Positions 23,932-36,818 of a stretch of DNA of 64,000 nucleotides are shown in pieces (position 1 is the stretch's first letter; each line of letters begins with the position of its first letter). The DNA is from Eledone cirrhosa. Its lineage: Eukaryota. The position numbers and the translations under genes were made by a program. The notes beneath the pieces were generated by a model, which saw only the letters and a list, made by a program, of their open reading frames with translations, made no database searches and was not told the DNA's origin. The stretch covers positions 194,618,001-194,682,000 of the forward strand of contig OZ024743.1 in assembly GCA_964016885.1 (NCBI GenBank). The letters run 5' to 3'.

Positions 23932-24902
23932 CCCGATTGGTCGAGGGCTGTGAGCGCCTGAAGACATTCCAGTCTCCAGGTGCTCCCTCTCGGTCTTCGC
24001 TTGACCCAGGACTGCAGCTCCGTCAAGGAAACGAGCTGGGGAAATACGTGTCTAGCAAACGGCGACCACACCTGATCACCGTCCAGGAAGATGTGGAGAT
24101 GTCGTAGCCTGAGCGCGTGCCTGCGCATCATCAGCCACGACATGCCCAGCCCTCCACGTAGCGGGTGTTGACAACAGATGGACCGCCTGACCATCGGAAC
24201 ACGTCCCTTCCACAAAAAGCGAAAGAGCAAACGCTCCAGCGCAGTCAGGCGAGGCTTAGGACAAGGTACGACGGTCAGGCGGTAGCAGATGACAGACGCG
24301 ATGTACGCGTTAGCCACCTCCGCTCGACCTTTCAGGGATAGCTTCCTCTCCGCCCATTTCTGGGTGAGAGAAGCCACCCTGCTCGTCACCTCGTCCCAGT
24401 CTTTGTCCGTCTGGAGGTCCGGAACGAACCAGACCCTAGCAATTTAAGCGGTCCGTCCATCCAGCGTCCGACGACGCTGTTGGACGGCATGGACCTGCCT
24501 CTCCAGGTGCCGAGCTGCAGGCCCACTGACTTTTCCTGGTTGATCATTGCTCCTGTCACCGCTTCGTATTCTCTTAGTGTAGTGCCGATCGCCTCGATGT
24601 GTTTGGCGTTCGACACCACTACGTTGACATCGTCCGCATATGCTGACACGGATCTTCCGCATCCTAGTTCGCGCGGGACTCCCCTCAACGTCTCCAGTTT
24701 GTGCAGTAATGGCTCGAGAGGGACGAGAGGGGACATCCTTGGCGGACCGAGCGCATGATGTTGAACGGTTCCGACAGGTGACCGTTCACTGTCACCACAG
24801 AGCAGATGTCACTGTGCATGGCAGCGATCCAGCCTCTGAAGACGGGCCCAAAGCCAGCCGCACTCAGGACTGCCGCTAGGTAACGATGGTCAGTCCGTCG
24901 AG

Positions 24903-26165
24903 CTAGACACTAAAGTCCATCCCTCGACCCGGCCCACCGCTGCCCCCGAACAGCTGAGCGAAGTGTCGCTGAAAAGCTTCACACATTTTCCCGGGATCGA
25001 GTAGCATGCGCCCGTCGTGGTCCACCAAAGACCGGATCGTGGCTTTGTTGCCACGACGCGCCTCCGCCACTCGGGCCCATTGAACGGCTTTCGTCCCCTC
25101 GTGTCTGAGAGCACGCACCCTTGCTCTGACAACGCAGCATTCGTGCTTTGCATTGAAGAATTGGTCAAGGGCCAATTTCGCCGCAAGCACGTCGGTCGCA
25201 ATGGCTTTGCTAAGCGCCTCGTCAAATTTTCTATCTAGTTCTCCCTCTGCTCTATTTTTCTCTATTGCTAAAGCCTTACTAAACCTAATCGATTCTATTC
25301 TAATCGCTCTTCTCAGTTCAAACCACAACTTGTTGTTGACGATGGCCCCCGTCAACGCCCGCTTAACTAGTTCGCTAATCCGGTCTCTGTAGGCCTTGCG
25401 CGCTGGTAAGGACGCGTTTAGCTTCCAGTAGCCGGGTCCTCGTCTATTAAGCCTATCTAAGTCAAGCACACAGATCACGAATTTGTGGTCCGTGTAGCTG
25501 ACTATCTTGAATTGTGGACAGCCTATGCTAGACCTATCTATTTCCCTACAAAATACTCTATCTAGATATGATCTGGATGACCATATGCGATTTGTCCAAG
25601 TCCACATTGGCACATTCGGGAAATCCAATCGGTACCTGTCAGACAGTTCAAAACGCCTGAGCAGGTTGGTGAGGCTCTTGCACCCTCCACCCCTATCCGC
25701 TAATCCCACACAGTCCCAGCGTGCATCTAAGATCCCGTTCCAGTCGCTCACTAACACTAAAGAGCGGGACGTTCCAAGAAAGGTTTCCAGACGCCGGAAG
25801 AAATCAGGCCGCCCTGCTCCTGTCGGGGCATAGACGTTCACTAGCCTGAAAGCTTGCCCTTCTCCGCTGGTCACGTTCAGCACCACCAGCTTACCCTCTG
25901 GGTCCAGGAAGATGGCCCGTATGGCGAGATCCAAACCTCTCCGAAAAAGCACAGCAACTCCTCCACCTGATCCAGGACGGCTGGGAGATGCGTACACATC
26001 GTAGCCGCCGAAGATCGGTGCGAAAGCCCGTGCTTCGGAGATTCTGGTCTCGCTGATGGCCACTACATCTATGTTTAGTGACCTGAGGTCGTTGAGCAGG
26101 TTACCCTGCTTCCATGACGACCCCAAGCCACGCGCATTTATGCTGCCTATTCTGAGTGAGGTCAT
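24903..26165 (-). pseudogene. Tx1 ORF2 APE endonuclease portion (T2)
   Basis: 420-aa ORF with APE catalytic motifs; ends just before the internal deletion. Confidence 0.85.
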
Positions 26166-26200
26166 GTTTAAAATAGAGTGGAAAAGATGGGAAAGACCAC

Positions 26201-28304
26201 TTACCGTACTTTTGGTAGAGGAGGGATGGTTTTTACATCCCTTTTCACTTGATCGTCTGGTGAAGGGACCGTTGAATCGTCCCTTCGGCTGGTCGTCGGC
26301 TCTTCTAATAGAATGTCTGAATATACTCTTCGATTGATGGTTCCTCCTAGGTCCCTGAAATCACCAACTGCGTTAGGGAATTTCGTTTTAATGTTTGTGT
26401 ATTGTTTCTGTGCTATTTTTAGCAGTCTTATGTTAGTTGGCGTTTTGATTGGTGCTGGTATTATGTAGTCCTGTTGTGAAATGTCTGTGTGTTCAATTAT
26501 GTAAGTCATTAGTTTCTTGTTGTGTGTATTTATTGCCGTGCATTTGTTTTTCTGGGGGTGGAGTGTGGTTCTGCTATTTTCTTGTCGTTGTTGCTGGGTG
26601 TGTGTGTTTTGTTGTTGTGTTTGCGATGTTGGTGCTTGTGGTGGTGGTGTTGAAGGTGTTGTTGGCGGTGGGGTTGTTGCCGGTGGTGATGGTGGTGCTA
26701 GTGTGGGTGGTGATGGTGTTCGTGGTGTTGCTGCTGTGGGTCTCTTTGCAGTAGACTTTACCCTTTTCTCATTTCTTTCCTCCCTTTTCAAAGGCGACGA
26801 TGCGCTGCTTCTGCGTTTGTGCCTTCTTACGACCTTTTGCCATCCCTCTCCCACCTCACACTCCATGTCTGATTCTGTGAGGTCGGGGAGGGGTACCAGC
26901 TCCACTCTTTCACTTGTTGTTGTTGGTGATGTTTGCACTGGAGTCTCTGTTGCAGCTGCATTTGGTATTGCTGTTGTTGTTGTTAATATTTCCATTGCTG
27001 CTGCTATTTTTGATTTCCGTGGCGTGGGTATGGGTGCCACGGACCTATCGTTCCTGGTTGCCGCTTGTCCTGTTGCTGGTAGCCGTGGAGATGGATTCGG
27101 AAGGAGGGGGGTTTTCTCCTTTCTCAGGGTCTTCTCGTTGCAGAAGGCCCTGAGGTGAGTCTTCGATCCACAGCGAAAGCATTTCGGGCGTTTGGCCTCA
27201 ACACTTATAGGCAGTTGAGTGCCGTGATCGAAGTCTATCACATCCGGGATAGCTTCGATGCACTCCTGGTTGGTTTGGATTAGCATCTCAATGGAGGTGC
27301 CGACCCAATCTTCTCTTACTTTTTTCTGTACTTGCAGTACAGTTGTTTTGTCCTCGATTCCGACGAGGACAGACGCGGCCAGCCAAGAAGGGGCCATTCC
27401 GGGGGAGGACGTGGATCAGTTTGACCCTCACAATTTTTTTCCCGCAGTAGGAGGGCACCAACACCATTTCCTCGCTCCTTAGGGTCACTACGGATTGGAC
27501 CTTTGCCTCCTGGGGTGTGGCAAAAAGTACGTCTACGGTGGCATATTTTTTGCCTCGGGTGATGTGCGTTTTCCGCTGCCACACAGACCCCAAGGCTTTT
27601 TGTATTTGGGCCTCTGTGGCTCTTTCCACCCTACGGGATTTTGTACTTACTGTACGGTACGTGACCGTACAGTGCTGTTGGGTTTCGAAAAAATTTTCCA
27701 CTGCCTTGCAGATTGCTCGGTGTCCATTCTTTGTCACCATCTTCTTCGCTTCCTCTAATTCCTCATTTGTTATGAGGATTGTTTTCAAGTTTTTCGCAAT
27801 ACCTGCAAATGAGATTGGTTTTTCTTTGCTGCTGTTGTTGTTGTTGTCGTCAGAGCTGCTGTTACTTTTGTTGTTGCTGCAGGTACTACGACTACTGCCT
27901 TCGCCGCTGTTGCTGTGGTTGTTGTTGGTGTTGCTGCTGCTAATGCTGTTGTTGTTTATGCTGCTGGTGATGCTGTTGCGGCTGCTACTGTTGTTTTCAT
28001 TGTCACTGTTGCTGTTGTTATTACGGCTGCTACTGCTATTATTCCTGACGTCAGACGAATGAACTGGGTTTTCGTATTTCCCGCACACCTGTTTCGTCGC
28101 TGTCGTCGTCGTCGTGGAGAAACCTTGCATGCTTTGCACGAGACTTTTCTTTTCTTTCGTCACTTGCGAAAGAGAAGGGAGGGAGAGAGACACATTTAAA
28201 GAAGGGAGGGAGAGAGACAATCTTCTCTCTGGTGTAGTGACGATTGAGGAAGAAGAAGACGGAATGAGTGGGAGTGACCTATGCAAATTCTTTTTCGTAG
28301 CCAT
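26201..28304 (-). pseudogene. Tx1 ORF1 type 1 (Gag-like, CCHC knuckle, S/N-rich and P/T-rich regions)
   Basis: ORFs 28304-27288 and 27397-26201 joined by one frameshift at a G/C run. Confidence 0.8.
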
Positions 28305-28521
28305 GTTGTTTTTTTTTGTTTAAAATAAATATTGGGTACAATCCCACAATAAGCAGTTATTTAACCCCGAAGGGCCAAATAACGGGCAGAAAGACCCCTC
28401 TCACGAGGAGGAGGGTGTTTTTGTCTACAAGTTGGTCTAAGTTTTAAACAATTTACAATTGTTAAAGCGTTCAAAATTTACAGTACCTTACAGAGCCGAG
28501 CCTCCGTCAACCATAGCATTC

Positions 28522-28551
<30 letters not shown>
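28522..28551. repeat. (AAT)n spacer between tandem T2 and T3
   Basis: Direct sequence. Confidence 0.95.
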
Positions 28552-28553
<2 letters not shown>

Positions 28554-31500
28554 TTTCTTTATTAACCACAAGGGTTTACATAAAGTAGACATTAAGGACA
28601 GTGCAGGACAATACAGTACGGTACAAATATGAATTTCTGCGTGTAAAAAACAAAAACAGAGGATGTAACAAAAAAATAACAATGAAAAATTCCCCAATAG
28701 GGGGGAGACTTCGGAGGGACATTTGTGGAGAAAGCCCAGTAAAAGGCGACAGTGACCCTGACCACCAAGGCAAGTGCCCTCTCCCAGTTTTCCACCTTTA
28801 ATTTACAGATATATACTCAGCGTAGGCCCATTCACTCGGGCCATTCTTGCTTCTCTCACCCATCTTTCAACAAAATGCTGGGAAGAGATCACTTCCCTCT
28901 CTACTCTGATTTTCCTTTTCAAATGAAATTTGAAAAAGTTAATCAGAGCATCACCGAAGAGGTAAGTGCTCGTCTTCAGCCCTTTCAAACGTGTCCACCA
29001 TACTATCTCTTTCGCCATGGCCACCAGACAGATAAAAACTGCCTGCCCTTCCCGGCTAAAGGAGGAGGGCGGGGCAATCCTCACGATGGACTCAGATGAT
29101 AGCTGGATCCGTCCTACACGCGACAGCAGGTGTTCGACATAAACCCACAAGTCAGCAATTTTCGGACACTGGACGAGTGCGTGCAGGACGGTTTCGTCGC
29201 CCTGCGCGCGTCTCGGACATGCCCGGCTGACGGCACCTCCATGCCTGTAGAGTTTATCCCGAACTGGCAAGGATCCTCGGTAGCACTGCCAGGCAGAGAT
29301 TTCTGGAAGTTGTCCATAGGCCCCGGCCCGAAAGTTCTTCCGAAGAGATTAGCTAGTTGATTTTCGTCGACGCCTAGAGTTTCCCCAAGTACGTCGTCGC
29401 TCTTCCCTCCACTAATCCTCTATAGAACGCCGAGGTGGAGTTTCTACCGATCACATTGCCCGATTGGTCGAGGGCTGTGAGCGCCTGATGACCTTCCAGT
29501 CTCCAGGTGCTCCCTCTCGGTCTTCGCTTGATCCAGGATGCAGCTCCGTCAAGGAAACGAGCTGGGGAAATACGGGTCTAGCAAACGGCGACCACACCTG
29601 ATCACCGTCGAGGAAGAGGTGGAGATGTCGTAACCAGAGCGCGCGCCTGGGCATCATCAGCCACGACATGCCCAGCCCTCCACGTAGCGGGTGTTGACAA
29701 CAGATGGACCGCCTGACCATCGGAGCGCGTTCCTTCCACAAAAAGCGAAAGAGCAAACGCTCCAGCGCAGTCAGGCGAGGCTTAGGACAAGGTACGACGG
29801 TTGGACGGTAGCAGATGACAGACGCGATGTACGCGTTAGCCACCTCCGCTCGACCTTTCAGGGATAGCTTCCTCTCCGCCCATTTCTGGGTGAGAGAAGC
29901 CACCCTTCTCGTCACCTCGTCCCAGATTTTGTCCGTCTGGAGGTCCGGACCGAACCAGACCCATAGCAATTTAAGCGGTCCGTCCGTCCAGCGTCCGACG
30001 ACACTGTTGGACGGCATGGACCTGCCTCTCCAGGTGCCGAGCTGCAGGCCCAGTGACTTTTCCTGGTTGATCATTGCTCCTGTCGCAACTTGGTATTCTC
30101 TTAGTGTAGTGCCGATCGCCTCGATGTGTTTGGCGTTCGACACCACTACGGTGACATCGTCCGCATATGCTGACACGGATCTTCCGCATCCTAGTTCGCG
30201 CGGGACGCCCCTCAACGTCTCCAGTTTGTGCAGTAATGGCTCGAGAGTCAATACGTTCAATATCACCACAGAGCAGATGTCGCTGTGCATGGCAGCGATC
30301 CAGCCTCTGAAGACGGGCCCAAAGCCATCCGCCCTCAGGACTGCCGCTAGGTAACGATGGTCGACCCTATCGAAAGCTTTCGACTGATCTAAATTGATCA
30401 AGGACCCACCCGTGCCAGGCTGTCTAGCTACCCTCTCTACGTTGTATCGCATGAGATGGAGGTTGTCGTGGATGGATCTGTCGGGAATGGCGCATGTCTG
30501 CGCCTCTCCCACCAGACCACCAACGACAAGCGCCAACCTCTTTGCTAGCACCCAGGCCAAAATCGTGAACTCTGTGTTTAGCAGAGTTATGGGCCCGAAA
30601 TTATCTGTTATCCCCCTTGTTCGGATCCTTTCTCAGCAGTGCCACCGCTCCTCGGCTCACAGAGCGGGGAATTCTCCCGTTCTGTTGCTAGTTGCAGTAG
30701 ACGTCCGCCAAGAGGCCTCCGAACAGTCTGGCATCTGTACGTAAAGTTCATAGGGCAGACCATTCAAACCAGGCGATTTACACCTTGTGCAGCCAGTCAT
30801 TGCCTCCCGTACTTCAGCGGCTGTTATCGGCTTTTCGCAACACTCCGCCTCAGTGGGCGAGAGCCGCGGCAGTCCGTCGAGGTAGACACTAAAGTCCATC
30901 CCTCGACCCGGCCCACCGCTGCCCCCGAACAGCTGAGCGAAGTGTCGCTGAAAAGCTTCACACATTTGCCTGGGACGGAGTAGCATGCGCCTTCGTGGTC
31001 CACCAAAGACCGGATCGTGGCTTTGTTACCACGACGCGCCTCCGCCACTCGGGCCCATTGAACGGCTTTCGTCCCCTCGTGTCTGAGAGCACGCACCCTA
31101 GCTCTGACAACACAGCCTTCGTGCTTTGCAATGAAGAATTGGTCAAGGGCCAATTTCGCCGCAAGCACGTCGGTCGTGATGCCTTTGCTAAGCGCCTTGT
31201 CTAATTTTCTAACTAGTTCTCCCTCTGCTCTATTTTTCTCTATTGCTAAAGCCTTACTAAACCTAATGGAAATCTATTCTAATCGCTCTTTTCAGAGCAA
31301 ACCACCACTTGTTGTTGAAGATGGGCCCCGTCAACGTCCGCTTAACTAGTTCGCTAATCCGGTCTCTGTAGGGCTTGCGCGCTGGTAAGGACGCGTTTAG
31401 CTTCCATTAGCCGGATCCTGTCTATGAAGCCTATCTAAGTCAAGCACACAGATCACGAATTTGTGGTCCGTGTAGCTGACTATCTTGAATTGTGGACAGC

Positions 31501-33438
31501 CTATGCTAGACCTATCTATTTCCCTACAAAATACTCTATCTAGATATGATCTGGATGACCCTATGCGATTTGTCCAAGTCCACATTGACACATTCGGGAA
31601 AACCAATGGGTAACTGTCAGACAGTTCATAACGCCTGAGCAGGTTGGTGAGGCTCTTGCACCCTCCACCCCTATCCGCTAATCCCACAGAGTCCCAACGT
31701 GCATGTAAGATACCGTTCCAGTCGCCCACTAATACTAAAGAGCGGGACGTTCCAAGAAAGTTCTCCAGACGCCGGAAGAAATCAGGCCGCCCTGCTCCTG
31801 TCGGGGCATAGACGCCCACTAGCCTGAAAGCTTGCCTGTCTCCGCTGGTCACGTCCAACACCACCAACCTACCCTCTGGGTCCAGGAAGATGGCCCGTAT
31901 GTCGAGATCCAAACTCTCCGAAAAAGCACAGCAACGCATCCCCCCGATCCAGGACGGCTGGGAGATACGTACACATCGTAGCCGCCGAAGATCGGTGCGA
32001 AGGCCCGTGCTTCGGAGATTCTGGTCTCGCTGATGGCCACTACATCTATGTTTAGTGACCTGAGATCGTTGAGCAGGTGACCCTGCTTCCATGACGACCC
32101 CAAACCACGCGCATTTATGCTGCCTATTCTGAGTGAGTTCATGTTTAAAATGGAGTGGAAAAGATGGGAAAGACCACTTACCGTACTTTTGGTAGAGGAA
32201 GGATGGTTTCTCCATCCCTTTTCACTTGATCGTTTGGTGAAGGGACCGTCGAATCGTCCCTTTGGCTGGTCATCGGCTCTTCTATGAGTATGTCCGAATA
32301 TACTCTCCGGGTGAGAGTCCCTCCTAGGTCTCTGAAATCACCAACTGCGTTGGGGAATTTCGTTTTAATGTTTGTGTATTGTTTCTGTGCTATTTTTAGC
32401 AGTCTTATGTTCGTTGGCGGTTTGATTGGTGCTGGTATTATGTAGTCGTGCTGTGAAATGTCTGTGTTCAATTATGTAAGTCATTAGTTTCTTGTGTGTA
32501 TTTTCTGGGGGTGGGGTGTGGTTCTGCTATTTCCTTGTCGTTGTTGCTGGGTGTGTGTGTTTTGTTGTGTTTGCGATGTTGGTGCTTGTGGTGGTGGTGT
32601 TGAAGGTGTTGTTGTTGTTGGCTGTGGGGTTGTCGCCGGTGGTGATGGTGGTGCTAGTGTGGGTGGTGATGATGTTGGTGGTGTTGCTGCTGGGAGTCTC
32701 TGTGCAGTAGCCTTTACCCTTTTTTCATTTCTCTCTTCCTTTTTCGAAGGCGACGATGCGCTGCTTCTGCGTTAATGCCTTCTTACGACCTTTTGCCATC
32801 CCTCTCCCACCTCACACTCCATGTCTGATTCTGTGAGGTCGGGGAGGGGTACCAGCTCCACCCTTTCACTTTTTGTTGTTGGTGATGTTTCCAGTGGAGT
32901 CTCTGTTGCAGCTGCATTTGGTATTACTGTTGTTGTTAATACTTCCACTGCTGCTGCTGTTCTTGATTTCCGTGGCGTGGGTATGGGTGCCGCGGACCTA
33001 TCGTTCCTGGTTGCCGCTTGTCCTGTTGCTGGTAGCCGTGGAGCCGGTTTCGGAAGGAGGGGGGTTTTCTCCTTTCTCAGGGTCTTCTCGTTGCAGAAGG
33101 CCCTGAGGTGAGTCTTCGATCCACAGCGAAAGCATTTCGGGCGTTTGCTCTCAACACTTATGGGCAGTTGAGTGCTGTTATCGAAGTCTATCACATACGG
33201 GATACCTTCGATGCACTCCTGGTTGGTTTGGATTAACATCTCAATGGAGGTGCCGACCCAATCTTCTCTTACTTTTTTCTGTACTTGCAGTACAGTTGTT
33301 TTGTCCTCGATTCCGACGAGGACAGACGCGGCCAGCCAAGAAGGGGCCATCCCGGGGGGGACGTGGGTCAGTTTGACCCTCACAATTTTTTTCCCGCAGT
33401 AGGAGGGCACCAACACCATTTCCTCGCTCCTTAGGGTC
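28552..33438 (-). mobile_element. Tx1-clade element, ORF1 type 1, intact 3' end, 5' part removed (copy T3)
   Basis: Fragmented ORF1/ORF2 matching T2; 3' end AATAAAGAAATC; fused to A3 at 33438. Confidence 0.92.
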
Positions 33439-35145
33439 TATGACAAAACCATTAATCACTTGTTCTACATGGATGACCTAAAACTATTTGCAAAAAATGA
33501 TGAATATTTGCAAGGGGTATTATCCACTGTGGAGAAGTTCAGTGATGACATTAAAATGGAGTTTGGACTAGATAAATGCGCCAAAGCAACGTTCACCAGA
33601 GGAAAGCTGCTGAAAAGTTCAGACATTAATCTTGATCGGGGGAATGTGATAAGCGAACTTGATCAAGAGGAAACTTACAAATATCTAGGTGTTTGTGAAG
33701 GAGACGGAGTCAAGCACTCGACAATGAGGGAAAGGATAAGGAAGGAATGTTACCGCAGAGTAAGAGCAATCTTAAGAACGGAATTGAATGCAAGGAATAG
33801 GATCTTGCCATACCAGTAGTAACCTACAGTTACAATGTCATCAACTGCTCAAGCACAGAGATCCGTAGGCTCGATACAAAAATTCGAAAATTCTTAACCA
33901 TGCACAGAATGCATCACCCTAAGGCAGATACAGATAGAATATATCTCCCTAGGAAAGAAGGAGGACGTGGGTTAATCCAGTTAGATATTGCGTTGAAAAC
34001 TTCAACAATTGCATTATCTACATATCTAAGGGAATCACATGATTGGATGATCAAACTCGTTTTGAAACACGAAAGCATCAAAAGATCATACTCCATTACA
34101 AAAGATGCACTAAGATACAGTAATGGACTACACATTTCAGAAGTCCCATTTACTGCTGAAATGGAAAACACAGAAAAAGCAAAGCAGGTAAAAGTAACTG
34201 CAAAGAAAGAACTGCTACAGAAACTGGCTAAGAAATGGCAAGAAAAGCCTCTGTATGGAAAATACCCAGAATGAGCTAACAATTCTGATGTTGACAAAAT
34301 TTTAACCCATCGTTGGTTGGCATCCACTGGACTGATATCGGAGACTGAAGGACTGATTATATCAGCACAAGATCAGTGTCTTCCAACAAAAAATTACCAA
34401 GCCAACATAATAAAAAATGGATGCAGCCCATTATGCCGTGTATGTAAAAAACAACCAGAGACCATTGATCATATAATTTCAATGTGCAGTCCTATAGCTC
34501 CAACCGAATACCTAAACAGACATGACAGAGCTGCACAATACATACATTGGATAATGTGTAAGCATTTTGACCTGCCCCATCAAAAGAATTGGTGGGAGCA
34601 TCAACCACCTCCCATACTTGAAAAAGATCACATCTCAATCTTGTGGAACTTTAGCATCCAAAAGACCGAAAAATAGATGCAAATAGACCTGATATAATAC
34701 TGAAGGACTTTAAAAAGAGGGTATGCCTGCTAATTGATATGTCCGTTCCAATAGACAAGAATGTATCTATAAAACCATTTGAAAAATTGAGCAAGTATAA
34801 GGACCTGGAGATAGAAATTGGAAAAATGTGGAAATTGAGAACTAAAACAATACCAGTGGTTGTAGGCGCTCTAGGAATGATACCTAAGGGGTCTAATGAT
34901 TACTTATCGCAAATCCCAGGAAACCCGCGTATAGGAGAAATACAAAAGATTGTACTAATGGGAACTGCCCATATACTAAGGAAGATTCTGTCAATATAAG
35001 TACATCACAAGTCTAAACACCTAAAGATGCATGTGTGAGTATGTATGTTCTTTCTTGAACATGGCGGACCTAGTTGTCTCTTGAGGTCACTGGTTGTGAC
35101 TTGGTGATAACTCGTGTAAACATAAAGCAAGATAAATGCCGCTGT
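33436..35145 (+). mobile_element. Dong family A 3' half (copy A3)
   Basis: From YMDD to RKILSI plus 3' UTR; followed by (AAT)n 35146-35166. Confidence 0.92.
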
Positions 35146-35524
35146 AATAATAATAATAATAATAATTAGGGAAGAAAACGCACATGGTGGATATATATCG
35201 TTATGGAATCGCTCCCGTAAGTTTTTGATTTTTACTTATTTAAACAACTAGATAGAATAATTCTTATTACAAATGAAATATAAGATTACAGTTTTTTACC
35301 CCCAGCAGGCAACAACGCATCATATTACGGCATTGGACCCCAATATTTAATATTTAATTTTGGATCAGAAATGTTATAGTCGAAATAGAGAAAATGGCTA
35401 AGTGGACAGACAGGCAAATAATTTCACCAACAACATCACCACTACCACGGCACAAACTCCTAGTCAAGTTATCTCAACTTCTATTTCTACTTCAACTTCA
35501 ACACCATCACTACAGTACTACGAT

Positions 35525-35750
35525 CACATCACCATCACCACTGCCTCATTATCGCTACCGCCGCTATTCTCTCCTACTACCTCCTGCTAAGTACTACTAG
35601 CACATTACCACCACCACCACTGCCTCCTTATTGCTACCGCCGCTATTCTCTACCACTACCCCCTGCTAAGTACTACTAGCACATCACCACCACCACCACT
35701 GACTCATTATCGCTACCGCCGCTATTCTCTCCCACTACCTCCTGCTAAGT
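35525..35750 (+). repeat. 3 x ~78-bp tandem repeat in the B2 leader
   Basis: cacatcacc..ctgcctcattatcgctaccgccgctattctct..cctgctaagt at 35525, 35601 and 35680. Confidence 0.85.
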
Positions 35751-36632
35751 CAGGCATCATAGTACTCCCACTAAATGAGGAAGGCATCAAAAGATAAAAA
35801 TAGACTGATTTGATGACCCGGTCAAAAAATCAAAAAATCAAGAATCAAAATCAAAACAGCACAACAGCAACGAAAAACGTAAAGACAAGAAAAAAGAAAA
35901 GAAAAACAAACAGACAGACAAGAAAAAAAAACTAAATCAGACATTCAAACATTACATTACAATGAAACTTATGCTTATTTTTTTAGGCTTTTACCTATTT
36001 GTTTGTTTGTTTATTTATGTTCGTCTAGAGCGTGATAGTGCCACGCTAAAATCACCGAGTCTGATCAAATCACCGGAGGTGATGAAATCACCGGTGGTTA
36101 TGTAACCATATATTCACCTATCCTCGATAAGAGTGTTTCAATGTCGAACCTAAACAGTTCGAATAACGGTGAAGTGGAAACTGGAATGTCATGTGACAGA
36201 CTCTGACCCAGCAGGTGCTCCTTAGCTCAGCAGAAGGGACCTGGCTGTCAACCAAATACTGCTGGTGTCGGAGGAAGAAGAAGGAAAGGTACCAGAACCA
36301 ACTGGAGGAAAGAATTGAATAGAACTGTTATGCAATGTTACCTGAAGAGTAACCCCCGAGGAAAAAGGCTATAGGAAACAGATGCATAACATCTGAAACG
36401 AGATGGTCTATTTAAATTAGATAAACAAAAATTGGCCAGGCAGGCTCGGGTAATAAGAACTAATGGGTGGATAAGCGAGCTGGAACTGGAGGAACTGAGC
36501 AGAGAGATTAGGTTGAAAATGGAGAGTGGAGTATGCCAGGCAAATGAGCCAGTGGGAAATGAAGGTGAAGAGGTTGAGAGAACGGAGGAACCATCCGAAG
36601 TAGACAATGATCTGAATGCTGAAATAAATAAT

Positions 36633-36818
36633 TGTTTCTACTTTAGGCACAAGGCCAGCAATTACCCAGTACATTACTGGTACTTTAGTTTATCGACCCC
36701 GTAAGGATGAAAGGCAAAGTTAACCCCGACGTGATTTGAACTCAGACCGGAAAGAGACGTAACTATGCTGGAAAGCATGGCGTCCGACTCTCTACCGATA
36801 CTGCCAATCCACCGCCCT
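36633..36818 (-). mobile_element. tRNA-derived SINE inserted in B2 with 14-bp TSD
   Basis: TSD ctgaaataaataat at 36619-36632 and 36819-36832. A box TGGCAGTATCGG and B box GAGTTCAAATC on the minus strand. Absent from B1. Confidence 0.9.

Larger units (their letters stand above)
23922..28521 (-). mobile_element. Tx1-clade element with ORF1 type 1, 5'-complete, 3' end and part of RT deleted (copy T2)
   Basis: ORF1 28304-26201 (frameshift ~27400; CFRCGSKTHLRAFC). ORF2 from 26165 with APE motifs SINARGL, SET, VYAP, YLDRV, TDH and RT YADD. Internal deletion at ~24891. Confidence 0.92.

Noticed and set aside
23655-24389. Chimeric Tx1/antisense-Dong ORF (and 23011-23961 on +) as a novel fusion gene
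   Set aside because: By-product of the deletion junction; the appended parts are antisense sequence with no domain.
26449-28199. Long hydrophobic + strand ORFs (V/L/G-rich)
   Set aside because: Antisense shadows of the low-complexity Tx1 ORF1; the same holds at 42772-44307.
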